Source: Aeropyrum sp. (GTDB taxonomy: Archaea; Thermoproteota; Thermoprotei_A; Sulfolobales; Acidilobaceae). Taken from it: DNA of 64,000 nucleotides. The notes under the pieces were generated by a model. That model saw only the letters and a program-made list of their open reading frames with translations, was not told the origin of the DNA and ran no database searches. The stretch spans positions 901-64,900 of the forward strand of contig WANT01000024.1 of NCBI GenBank assembly GCA_015521685.1. Reading direction: 5' to 3'. The position numbers and the translations under genes are program-made. This document shows, in pieces, positions 18,043 through 27,042 of the stretch (its first letter is position 1; every line of letters begins with the position of its first letter).

Positions 18043-18537
18043 ATGGTGTTAGACGCTAGAGGCTATAGATTAGTGCTGAGAAAGACCACTAGGGGGCCTG
18101 TGATACAATTTAGGGTTAGCCTCCCAGGCGCTAGAGAATTTACACTTGTAAAAATGGGCGGCAGGCTGGCCGAGGAGATATTTGAGAGAATGGCAGATGT
18201 CCTGAAGAGAAATGGCCTCGTGAGCTCAGAATCAAAAGGCGAGAAATACATCGCATACAGGTTAAAACACGAAATTGGTCCAGCAGTAGGCGGTTACCTG
18301 GTAATGATAAGGCGTAGCAGAGACGCTAAAGCGTGGATCGAATACTTCGAAGGCCTAATAACGGAGGACCCCTATAAAGGAGGCAAAGCCTTCCTAGCTA
18401 GCGCCCTAAGCCTGAGTGTTGAGCTGAGCAAAGCCCAAATAGGAGAAGGAAAAATAACGCTGCCGCCTAAAGTCCTGGACTCTGTAAGCGCAGGGTTCAA
18501 ACTAGTATCCAAAAAGCTTTGGGGGCTAAAGAAGTAA
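18043..18537 (+). CDS. Hypothetical protein
   Basis: 164-aa ORF with GAGGTGA RBS upstream; no recognised family. Confidence 0.7.
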   Translation: MVLDARGYRLVLRKTTRGPVIQFRVSLPGAREFTLVKMGGRLAEEIFERMADVLKRNGLVSSESKGEKYIAYRLKHEIGPAVGGYLVMIRRSRDAKAWIEYFEGLITEDPYKGGKAFLASALSLSVELSKAQIGEGKITLPPKVLDSVSAGFKLVSKKLWGLKK

Positions 18538-18714
18538 AGAAACTGCCTTTAAGAGAAAAGATTGCGGCTCACACATACTCTTTTAATCATCTGGCCACTG
18601 GTCGGCGTCACCGTTGAGGCGTTTATAACATTAAAGTGATAAGGGTATATTGTTAAACCTTACTCGGCCTCGACTCTCTTGTGCGCGAAAATACATATCC
18701 TTGAGGGATTCCTT

Positions 18715-18778
18715 GCTCAGCCCTCACACGGCTCTTCATCCACAATTGTGTGTCGGTTCCGAAGTCGCTCATCATAAC
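18715..18778 (-). ncRNA. Box C/D guide sRNA
   Basis: Minus strand: C box ATGATGA (18775-18769), 12-nt guide, D' CCGA (18756-18753), palindromic spacer CACAATTGTG, C' GGATGAA (18741-18735), guide, D box CTGA (18720-18717); ~60 nt, canonical archaeal geometry. Confidence 0.8.
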
Positions 18779-18822
18779 ATCTCCATCTCTTATTAAGTGT
18801 GGAGGAGGTTATTGAGGCATTC

Positions 18823-21774
18823 TTACCCGAAAATGAGCTTGTCAAGCTTTCTAGTGCCCGACATATCGTCCCACGAGACTCCGAACGCCATAAGCATTTG
18901 CTCAAAGGCTGTCTTAACATACTCCATATACTTATGCGGGTCTATCTCGGACAACTTCGCCAGTTGGACTGGCTTAACACCCAACTTATCCCTCGTTTTA
19001 ACGAAATAAACGATATCTCCGCTGCCTAGCTTAACCCCAAATCTTTCAAGAAGTTTAGCTGCCTTCACATGCTGTGGTGTGTTTTTATCATAGTCGTCGA
19101 GGTCCTTGCTAAGCATCACCTTTATGGCGAATTCGTCTAGAGTGTAGACCCTCTTCCTAACATTATTGTAAACCCTATTAACGTGGTCCCTGAGCTCTTC
19201 CAGGATACGCGTTACGTCGCCCGGCCCTGAGAGGCCTGCCAAGATTTCTACGGCTCTAGCGAACTCTTCCTTTATAAACTCTGGCGTATTGCTTTTCTTG
19301 GCGACCATACCCTTTATCGTAACGCCTCCATCCTCCGTTATGCCCAGATAGTTCTTCTTTAGGCCGCTGAAAAGGATTGCTCTGAACGATTTATCCTTTT
19401 CAAGTTCAAGCCCGAATTCTTCATATACATGTCTAATCAGCTCCTCTAGGGCGTTGGCGGGGGGATCCCATAAGAAGAGGCTATCAGTGTCACCATAGAC
19501 AATGTGAAGGTCTAGGCTAGAGGCCTTCTCCAGCGTGCTTCTCAAGACTGCCCTGCCGAGTGCTGTGACGCTCTCCGCCACAGCCAAGCTGTAGAGGCTA
19601 AAGGCACTACTCCCGAAAACTCCATAGCTCGCATTTATATAGACCTTCATAGCTGACTGAACTACGTCATACCACATCCTCTCCACATCGGGCAGTGCCT
19701 TATCCTTCGCTTTCCTCTTATACAATTTAACTCTGAAGTCTCTAAGTAGCCCTACTATCTCGCTGCTAATGCCTCTGAATTCGGTACACACTCTATGGCC
19801 AACCTCAGGAATTGTCGAATATTTGTTGCAGTTGGGATTGTTTACGGTTTCGTAGCTGAGGTTCCATTGCTTGATTAGGGATGGGTACAGGCTCGCAAAG
19901 TCCAGGACAATGACGTTGAAGAATACTCCTATCGGCGGGTCCAAAACTATGGCTCCCCTATACTTCTTGTCCTTAATAACGGCGGTAACCCTCGCACTAG
20001 GCGTGGATAAACGGTCTATCTCTTCCCTCGATGGAATGAGCCACTTCCTACGTCTGTGCTCCCAGTACAGTAACCCCTTGATCCAGTTGGATATCTGGCT
20101 TCTTGTTACGTCCTCCATACCAAGCTTGCTGGTCCTCATCACCATTACCACCAGGTTGAAGACGAGATTATTATTGCTGGTAACTAGTTCTAGAGTCAGC
20201 CTCGTGTCCTGCAGGTTGTATTCTGCAAGCTTCTCTATCGATAGCTCTGGTACAGGTACCCTGAGCTCCACCTTACCCTTACCTAGCATTGCTTTGCTAA
20301 TCGATTCGAGGCTGAGCTCCCTGTACTTATTGCCAAATGCGTACGCCTGAAGGGCCTTAATGCCGAATAGCTTGTGGACATCTATGTGAAGAGAGTTCTT
20401 GAAAGTAGTATAGTCTTGCTTTTTCTCAATAGTTATGAACTCTTCGGGGACTCCCAGCACTCTCAGCCTGTTAGCCAGATATGGTAAGTCAAAGTTGTCT
20501 CCGTTGAATGTGAGTATGACGGGATACTTGCTCAGATGTCTCATGACTTCGAGTAGCATCGCTTTCTCGCTGTCAAATATCTCAATCTCAACCTCGTCTC
20601 CTATCTCCAGCGGAGATTCGAACTCGGCGTTTTCCCAGTAAAGTAGGAATATCTTCTCTCGCCCCTCACTGTCGCTAACTGCAACACTTATGACTGGGTA
20701 TGGCGACTTCGTGGGATCGGGTAGCCTGGTGGCAAGGGGGCTATAGACTTCTATATCAACCGCAACCAAAGGAATTTTAGGAGGAGGAGATTCGAATACT
20801 CTAATCCACTCAACAGCCCTTTCCTTAACCTCATTAGGCTCCTCTCTGAAGACATCCATGACTATGGATGTATATTCTGTAGTATCGAGAGGGTAAACAT
20901 GCCTTATTCCTCCTCCACCAAGCTCATAAACGATCCCAGGGACAAGCTGCCTGTCAAATATGTAGTTATGATGGTATTTAATATCGGCTTCCCATACCTG
21001 GAAGCCAGCCGACTTCACCCTCTCACGCATCCTCCTGACGGCCAAGGGATCCGATACCACAACCTTTGTGAGCCTCACTTTCCTCCTTTCTATTGGGTGG
21101 AATTTTTCGACGACATCATACTGGACGAATGAGTCGTCTCTACTTAATTCTACCCCTGACGCCTTCAGGTCTTCAGGCCGCGCATCAGTCAAGAAGTAGG
21201 GTCTATGCATGGTCTTGTCTATCCACTTCACCAGCCTTTTCTCGCTAGTATCGTATATCACCAATACTGCCTTACCCATCCTACCATCATATCTCACATC
21301 TAGTAGGTACCCCCTTGCCGACTCTACGAAGGGCTCTCTAAGAAGCTCGAGAGCAGCATCATCCGCCGCTTGAGCGCTATAAGTCTTTCCAAACCCCACT
21401 ACATCTTTATAACCAGAGTTCGTGGAGGGCTCGACATTAGTTCGTCTTGAACTTAATTCGCCAGATCTATCCTCTACCGGCTGGCCTTTAGAGCTAATTT
21501 TTAAACTCTTAGAGGGGCTAACAGTACCTATGCTTGTTGCCCCTGTGTCTTCAAGCTTGATGTAGTGGAGGAGCCCGATAGACTTGCTCTTGTGCCTGAT
21601 TGGGTCGTTCTTACGGGAATCCTGACTAGATGATGTTGGGTTTTCTTGGGATGACGTTGTTAGTCTGTTTTTGACCTCCTTGATCAAGAACTCATCTATT
21701 GTCGTCTTCCGGGATTGCTTAGGCCCTTGCCCGCGCACACCCTTTCCCTCTAATTGACTTATACACTCGTACAT
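18823..21774 (-). CDS. polB1: Family B DNA polymerase PolB1 (crenarchaeal)
   Basis: Exonuclease motifs DIE, FNGDNFD, YNLQD; polymerase motifs DFASLYPS, KVYINASYG, YGDTDS; N-terminal YLLDVRYDG typical of B1. Confidence 0.96.
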   Translation of the reverse strand: MYECISQLEGKGVRGQGPKQSRKTTIDEFLIKEVKNRLTTSSQENPTSSSQDSRKNDPIRHKSKSIGLLHYIKLEDTGATSIGTVSPSKSLKISSKGQPVEDRSGELSSRRTNVEPSTNSGYKDVVGFGKTYSAQAADDAALELLREPFVESARGYLLDVRYDGRMGKAVLVIYDTSEKRLVKWIDKTMHRPYFLTDARPEDLKASGVELSRDDSFVQYDVVEKFHPIERRKVRLTKVVVSDPLAVRRMRERVKSAGFQVWEADIKYHHNYIFDRQLVPGIVYELGGGGIRHVYPLDTTEYTSIVMDVFREEPNEVKERAVEWIRVFESPPPKIPLVAVDIEVYSPLATRLPDPTKSPYPVISVAVSDSEGREKIFLLYWENAEFESPLEIGDEVEIEIFDSEKAMLLEVMRHLSKYPVILTFNGDNFDLPYLANRLRVLGVPEEFITIEKKQDYTTFKNSLHIDVHKLFGIKALQAYAFGNKYRELSLESISKAMLGKGKVELRVPVPELSIEKLAEYNLQDTRLTLELVTSNNNLVFNLVVMVMRTSKLGMEDVTRSQISNWIKGLLYWEHRRRKWLIPSREEIDRLSTPSARVTAVIKDKKYRGAIVLDPPIGVFFNVIVLDFASLYPSLIKQWNLSYETVNNPNCNKYSTIPEVGHRVCTEFRGISSEIVGLLRDFRVKLYKRKAKDKALPDVERMWYDVVQSAMKVYINASYGVFGSSAFSLYSLAVAESVTALGRAVLRSTLEKASSLDLHIVYGDTDSLFLWDPPANALEELIRHVYEEFGLELEKDKSFRAILFSGLKKNYLGITEDGGVTIKGMVAKKSNTPEFIKEEFARAVEILAGLSGPGDVTRILEELRDHVNRVYNNVRKRVYTLDEFAIKVMLSKDLDDYDKNTPQHVKAAKLLERFGVKLGSGDIVYFVKTRDKLGVKPVQLAKLSEIDPHKYMEYVKTAFEQMLMAFGVSWDDMSGTRKLDKLIFG

Positions 21775-22032
21775 CAGGTTTAGAGGGGGTATGCTACCAA
21801 TAAGTTAATCTTGTGTTGCGTAGTACTTCATAGCTTATTCCGCGCTTAACATAAAAGAGTGCTCTAAACGCTCAGCACTCCAGAGTTAATAGTATGACTC
21901 CGTAACACGTACATTTCAATCCAGAGATTACCGCTTAATAGTTTAAACATCACGCTAAATAGATTGTAAGGACGCCTAACCAAGGATAACCCCACTAGAA
22001 AAAGTCTCTCGAGCCCTCGGGAGGGGAACGAT

Positions 22033-24120
22033 TTGGAGGATAGTCCCGTCGAACACTTCTTCCTAGTGGGCGATATTGCAATCCTCGTCTATCTACTATC
22101 AGGTATCTCAACGGCTGTCCTCCTTTACTCGCTCATCGAGTTCTACAGGAGGGTATTCAAGAACCAAGATGTGCGGAAAGCTCTGGGACAGTCAGGCGGT
22201 CTAGGAGGGGCTCTTAGGAAGCTATGGCTCTATGTCCTTCTTCAGTATAAGGTTATTAAGCACAGGTTCCCCGGAGTAACCCACGCCCTCATCTTCCTAG
22301 GAATTCTCGAGCTGTTCATAGCCACAATTATCAGAGCGCTGGACTACTACGCGGGAGGCATAATACTCACCCCTCCGTTCTTCTACATCTACAAGCTTGC
22401 TAACAACCTCGCAGGTATAGCAGTTCTAGTGGGAGTTGCACTCGCCTTAGCCAGGAGATCCCTTAATTTAACGCCGAGGCTCCCAAAAGATCCCGTGTAC
22501 ACCGTAACGCTGATCCTACTAGCCATCATCGTGGCTACAGGCTTCTTGGTCCAAGGAATGGTAGTAGCCCTTTACAGGTATGAGAGAGGCTTCGAGTCAC
22601 CATTATTCGACCCAGTTGGATATATCGTCTTTCTGGCAGTATCGAACATCAACTACGATTTCCTAGCGACGCTATATAGAGCCACATGGCTGATCCACCT
22701 AGCCCTAGCCCAGCTCGGAATTGCTCTAATCCCATTCACAAACCTATGGCACATACCAGCTGCGATAGCCAACATTGCCCTAGCACCCACTGCACCGCCT
22801 GTTAGAACCCTAAGAACTTACGAAGATCTCGACGAGCGCATTGAGAAGGACATGCCTATAGGAATTGTCAGGTTGGCTGACACAACATGGAAGCAAAGAC
22901 TCGACTACGAGGCGTGCACGAGCTGCATGAGATGTACAAACGCCTGCCCGGCGGCAGAGTCAGGGAAGATACTCGACCCTAGGGGAGTTATATATGGGAT
23001 GAGGCTCGCACTGAGGACTGGAGACTGGAGCTATAGAGTGGTAGACCCCGAGAACCCGGGAGACGGGACCAAGCCTGGAGTAAACCCTGAGGCAATATGG
23101 AGCTGTCTAACCTGCGGAGCCTGCGTCAACGAGTGCCCCGTCCTGATACACCACGTTGACACCATTATCGACATAAGGCGGGGCATGATGAGCGAGGGTA
23201 GCGAGGAGGTTCCAGAACAGGTCCTCACAACCCTCCAAAACCTACAGTATAACGGGAACCCCATGGGCCAGCCACCAATGGAGAAGGAGGCATGGTTCGA
23301 TGAGCTCGCGTCAAAACTGGGGGAGGATATAATAGCTAGGGAGGGAGAAGAGTATGATGTGCTTTACTGGGCAGGCTGCGTTACTGGATATGATCCAAGA
23401 ATCAGGCCTGTGGGAGAGTCGATATTGAGGCTGCTGAAGAAGGCGGGACTGAGGGCAGCCATACTACCATATACTGGTTGTACCGGCGAGCCTGCGCTTA
23501 GGATGGGGGAGGAGGCTTTGTTCGTCGAACTTATGGTGAGTTTCCTAGAGGAGCTATCTAAGTATAAGTTTAACAAGCTAGTCGTAAACTGTCCTCACTG
23601 CCTAACTGTGATAGGAGGCGATTATAAGCGGTATAGAAACTATCTAACGGCCCGCGAAGACACCCGTCACCTCGTGGAGGTCCTCGACAACTTAGATGTC
23701 GAGCACCATACAGTAACTCTATCCAAGCTAGTCAAAGAGGGCAAGCTGTCTCCAAAGCATACGCTTGAATACAGGATAACATACCACGATCCCTGCTATC
23801 TCGGGAGGTGGAATGGAGTATATGAGGAGCCCAGAGATATCCTAAGAAAGAGTGGTCTAAGAATTAGAGAAATGCCTAGAAATAGAGAAAGGAGCTTCTG
23901 CTGTGGCGGCGGGGGAGGACAGCTCTTCTACGAGATCAAGAGAGGTAGAAGAGTATCACAGATAAGGGCTGAAGAAGCCTCTAAAACGCTGGGAGGGGAT
24001 GGCTACGTCGCCGTGGCCTGCCCATTCTGCAATACGATGTTCAGGGCCGAGGAGGAGAACTACGGCTTCAAGGTTAAGGACGTCGCCCAGATTCTAGACG
24101 AGGCTGTAGAGGGCCAATAA
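22033..24120 (+). CDS. Membrane-bound Fe-S oxidoreductase (NarI/HdrE-like TM domain + 2x[4Fe-4S] + CCG domains; FadF/EtfD-like)
   Basis: Hydrophobic N-terminus with His residues (THALIF, LIHLAL, LWHIP); CTSCMRCTNACP and CLTCGACVNECP; YWAGC, YHDPC and CCGGGGG. Confidence 0.9.
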   Translation: MEDSPVEHFFLVGDIAILVYLLSGISTAVLLYSLIEFYRRVFKNQDVRKALGQSGGLGGALRKLWLYVLLQYKVIKHRFPGVTHALIFLGILELFIATIIRALDYYAGGIILTPPFFYIYKLANNLAGIAVLVGVALALARRSLNLTPRLPKDPVYTVTLILLAIIVATGFLVQGMVVALYRYERGFESPLFDPVGYIVFLAVSNINYDFLATLYRATWLIHLALAQLGIALIPFTNLWHIPAAIANIALAPTAPPVRTLRTYEDLDERIEKDMPIGIVRLADTTWKQRLDYEACTSCMRCTNACPAAESGKILDPRGVIYGMRLALRTGDWSYRVVDPENPGDGTKPGVNPEAIWSCLTCGACVNECPVLIHHVDTIIDIRRGMMSEGSEEVPEQVLTTLQNLQYNGNPMGQPPMEKEAWFDELASKLGEDIIAREGEEYDVLYWAGCVTGYDPRIRPVGESILRLLKKAGLRAAILPYTGCTGEPALRMGEEALFVELMVSFLEELSKYKFNKLVVNCPHCLTVIGGDYKRYRNYLTAREDTRHLVEVLDNLDVEHHTVTLSKLVKEGKLSPKHTLEYRITYHDPCYLGRWNGVYEEPRDILRKSGLRIREMPRNRERSFCCGGGGGQLFYEIKRGRRVSQIRAEEASKTLGGDGYVAVACPFCNTMFRAEEENYGFKVKDVAQILDEAVEGQ

Positions 24121-24127
24121 TCACAAC

Positions 24128-24604
24128 CTAATCTCTCGCCTTCTTCTCAACCTCCACAACCAATGTAGAGCCCCTCATCCTCACCTTGGCAGTTTTCGGA
24201 TCAACAGGTACCGGCAGACCGTAGACTCCCCTATATTCCGTAAAGGTAAACCTCTCTGACAGGCTACCGAGCGCTCTCCTAACGACCTTCTCCTCCACTC
24301 TAGCCGAGACTTCTAACCTGTCTTCAAGTATCATCACGTTAACACTGTCCTTCTTAACTCCAGGTAGATCTATAAGGATAACTAGCCTATCTCCCTCCTC
24401 GTTGAAACTTACTATGGGTTCTAGCGTGCTATGCTTAAACTCCCTTAGTCTTGACTCTAGGAGAGACTCCAAGTCCTCGCCGAACCCCCTGAACCCCCTA
24501 AACATTGACGAGAAAATCTCGTCCGCTTCCCTCAATCTGCGATACATCCTATGAAGGAGCTTTCTCCTAAACTCCTCGAACTCGTCAAACAACGACATTA
24601 CCAT
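24128..24604 (-). CDS. hsp20: Small heat shock protein (Hsp20/alpha-crystallin)
   Basis: IDLPGVKKDSVNV and LPVPVDPKTAKVRMRGSTLVV pattern. Confidence 0.88.
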   Translation of the reverse strand: MVMSLFDEFEEFRRKLLHRMYRRLREADEIFSSMFRGFRGFGEDLESLLESRLREFKHSTLEPIVSFNEEGDRLVILIDLPGVKKDSVNVMILEDRLEVSARVEEKVVRRALGSLSERFTFTEYRGVYGLPVPVDPKTAKVRMRGSTLVVEVEKKARD

Positions 24605-24632
24605 CCACCCCCACTCTGGGGGCCAGCAATCC

Positions 24633-25415
24633 TTAGGTGTAGAGTATTGGGGCTCTGTATTCCATCTCCTTACCCATCCTAGCCATCATAGCCTTAGTCT
24701 CCTTCATAAGCTCCCTCATCCTGAGCTTTATCTCCTCAGCTTGCTTCAAAAGTTCATCCACGCTAACGCCTAAGCCGAGAAGAGAGTTCAGCCCCTCAAC
24801 CACCCTAGCAGCGGCCTCCGGGTCTGGCAGGTCTATGAAAGCGTCTGTCAGTAGAACCAGGTTATGCATCTTAAGCTTCATAGACTCCTTAAGTATGATA
24901 GAGTACGGACCAACAATAATGCCCTGTTCAGGCTGTCTAGCATCCCTCAGGCCTCCCGCTAAGAGTGCGGCCTTCCTGTCGCTAGCTAGCCAATAAAGCT
25001 GCGGCTTCTCCAGCTCGAACCTCTTGGGGTTACCTATACCAGTCACGCTTATAATTGTGTCTACACCCCTCCTCCGCGCATACTCAACAAGAGCAGAGCC
25101 GAAGGAGGGAACTGATGACGGTGTCATGGGAACATCCATGGTCAGCACTGCTATCTCCGACTTCCTGTAAATTCTGACCGGGAACATCGGCTCCCCCTTG
25201 TTTATGATTGTAACAGGTGGAAGCGCCCCATAGTTGTCGACGCCTGCAACATAGGTCATCTCTAGGCTCTTAATCAGATGTGCGCTTGTGATGGCGCCGA
25301 CAAGACCTACGTCTGGCAGGCCTACCACGAGGTATTTGATGTCCTCAAGGTGTTCTAACTCAAGGAACTCCCAGCCATATATCTCCTCTGTGAAAGCAAT
25401 GCCCTTTTCAGACAC
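24633..25415 (-). CDS. PAC2-family proteasome assembly chaperone
   Basis: VVGLPDVGLVGAITSAHL, FPVRIY, IVGPYSIIL and PDPEAAARVVE; C-terminal Y-T (HbYX-like). Confidence 0.85.
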   Translation of the reverse strand: MSEKGIAFTEEIYGWEFLELEHLEDIKYLVVGLPDVGLVGAITSAHLIKSLEMTYVAGVDNYGALPPVTIINKGEPMFPVRIYRKSEIAVLTMDVPMTPSSVPSFGSALVEYARRRGVDTIISVTGIGNPKRFELEKPQLYWLASDRKAALLAGGLRDARQPEQGIIVGPYSIILKESMKLKMHNLVLLTDAFIDLPDPEAAARVVEGLNSLLGLGVSVDELLKQAEEIKLRMRELMKETKAMMARMGKEMEYRAPILYT

Positions 25416-25496
25416 CTACTCCTCCCCACCTAAGAAATAGTCTTATACTCCAATTAATTTCCTCCCCCAGACTAGCCGGGAGGTGGGAGCCGACTA

Positions 25497-25742
25497 ATGG
25501 GCATCAGGGTTACTATAAAGCCTCTGAGCGAGTGCATTCCAGACTTCGCATGCGTAGCTGTGTGCCCCGAGGTCTTTATACCAGACGAAGAATTAGGTAA
25601 GGCCAGGATAAAGGGGGGCGAGAATCGCGGGGATTTCATGGAGGCCGTAATACCTTCACATCTAAAGCCGTGCGTAGAGATGGCTGCAAGCTTATGCCCT
25701 AGGGGGATTATAACCGTTGAAGACTCGGTAGAAGGGCCATAG
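25497..25742 (+). CDS. fdx: Single-cluster ferredoxin with CxxDxxC motif
   Basis: CIPDFACVAVCPEVF ... CPRGII. Confidence 0.85.
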   Translation: MGIRVTIKPLSECIPDFACVAVCPEVFIPDEELGKARIKGGENRGDFMEAVIPSHLKPCVEMAASLCPRGIITVEDSVEGP

Positions 25743-25828
25743 TAGACTGGCTGTTGGCTACCCGAAGTTTTTAGAATAAGAGGTCTTGTGCTACACACGT
25801 TAGATTATCGGAAGGGTGCCATAGTGAT

Positions 25829-26617
25829 ATGGATTTAGCCAGTTGGAGAATGCTCGCCAGGACTATGAAGAACGCCGACGTAGTTGTAGAAGTAGTGGAT
25901 ATAAGAGATCCTATCACAACAAGGAGTAAGCGCGCTGAGAGTATGGCAACCGCCCTCGAGAAGAAGCTTATTATAGTCCTGAATAAATCCGACCTCGTCC
26001 CCCTATCTGTGGCAGAGAAGTGGAGGAGGATACTCCAAGGGCTAGGCTATAACGCAATATACGTCTCAGCAAGATACAGGCTAAGCACAAGAAGACTCAG
26101 GGGATGGATAAAATCAATGGCCGATATAAAACCCTTCTCAGCCGCTGTTATAGGATATCCAAAGACAGGTAAGTCGAGCATCATAAATACCCTCAGGGGA
26201 AGGAAGGGAGCGTCGACAAGCCCTATACCAGGGAGCCCCGGATACACAAAGAGCATACAACTTCTGAAAATCGAGCCAGGCTTCTACATGATAGACACTC
26301 CAGGAGTCATTCCGGCTGAAGGAGGGTGGCCAGACTCCGTGATTAGAGGGAGAAGCCCCGAAGAGCTCAGCGACCCGGTTCCGCCTGCTGCCGCACTGAT
26401 CGAGAAGATCTTAAAGTACAATAGGAGGGCATTCCAGCAGGCCTACGGAATATCCTCGACAGATCCCTACGAGATTCTTGAGGACCTAGCCGTCAAGAGG
26501 GGATGGTACTACAAGAAAACTAAGGAGCCCCTGATAGAAGAGGCGGCTAGAACTGTTATCAGAGACTATCACAAGGCCAAAATACCGTTCTTCGTTCCCC
26601 CAGAAGAGTTCGTCTAA
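25829..26617 (+). CDS. Circularly permuted GTPase (YlqF/RbgA family)
   Basis: G4 LNKSD precedes G1 GYPKTGKSS, then G2 PGYT and G3 DTPG. Confidence 0.92.
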   Translation: MDLASWRMLARTMKNADVVVEVVDIRDPITTRSKRAESMATALEKKLIIVLNKSDLVPLSVAEKWRRILQGLGYNAIYVSARYRLSTRRLRGWIKSMADIKPFSAAVIGYPKTGKSSIINTLRGRKGASTSPIPGSPGYTKSIQLLKIEPGFYMIDTPGVIPAEGGWPDSVIRGRSPEELSDPVPPAAALIEKILKYNRRAFQQAYGISSTDPYEILEDLAVKRGWYYKKTKEPLIEEAARTVIRDYHKAKIPFFVPPEEFV

Positions 26618-27021
26618 GCCTTCAATCCCTCATCGTCTCTCATCCTTAATAGAGTAGCAAATCCCAAGAGAGCTATCAGCATAAGTGAGGCCAGGAGGGG
26701 CGCGTGGGCGATAGCTAAAGCTGCGAGCTCCCCTGTGGGTGTGACCACTGATCTCGACACCCTACCAGCCATGAAGGCTGATGCAAGTAGAAGGAATGCT
26801 GGGCTTATAGGTCTCTTATAAACCGCTGCCGGGATAGCTAGGAGCAGGGCGTAAGCTGTATTCTCTAGTATTATGAATAGAGGAAGTTGAGGCCCAGAGA
26901 TTATGCTTCGTATATTGAACACTATGAATCCAGCGGCCATGAGCAGGGCGAGGCCTCTCAGACCCAATTCAACCTTAGAGGACCTCATAGCTGTATACCT
27001 CACATCCCGTTTGGAAGCCAT
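26614..27021 (-). CDS. Hypothetical membrane protein (~4 TM)
   Basis: Hydrophobic segments throughout; directly downstream of herA. Confidence 0.65.
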   Translation of the reverse strand: MASKRDVRYTAMRSSKVELGLRGLALLMAAGFIVFNIRSIISGPQLPLFIILENTAYALLLAIPAAVYKRPISPAFLLLASAFMAGRVSRSVVTPTGELAALAIAHAPLLASLMLIALLGFATLLRMRDDEGLKA

Positions 27022-27042
27022 AAACGTGCAGAATAGATATTT

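Noticed and set aside
18569-18612. Second C/D sRNA on the minus strand (GGTGACG...CAGA TGATTA...GTGA)
   Set aside because: Both the C and D boxes deviate from consensus (D is not CTGA), and no target was identified.
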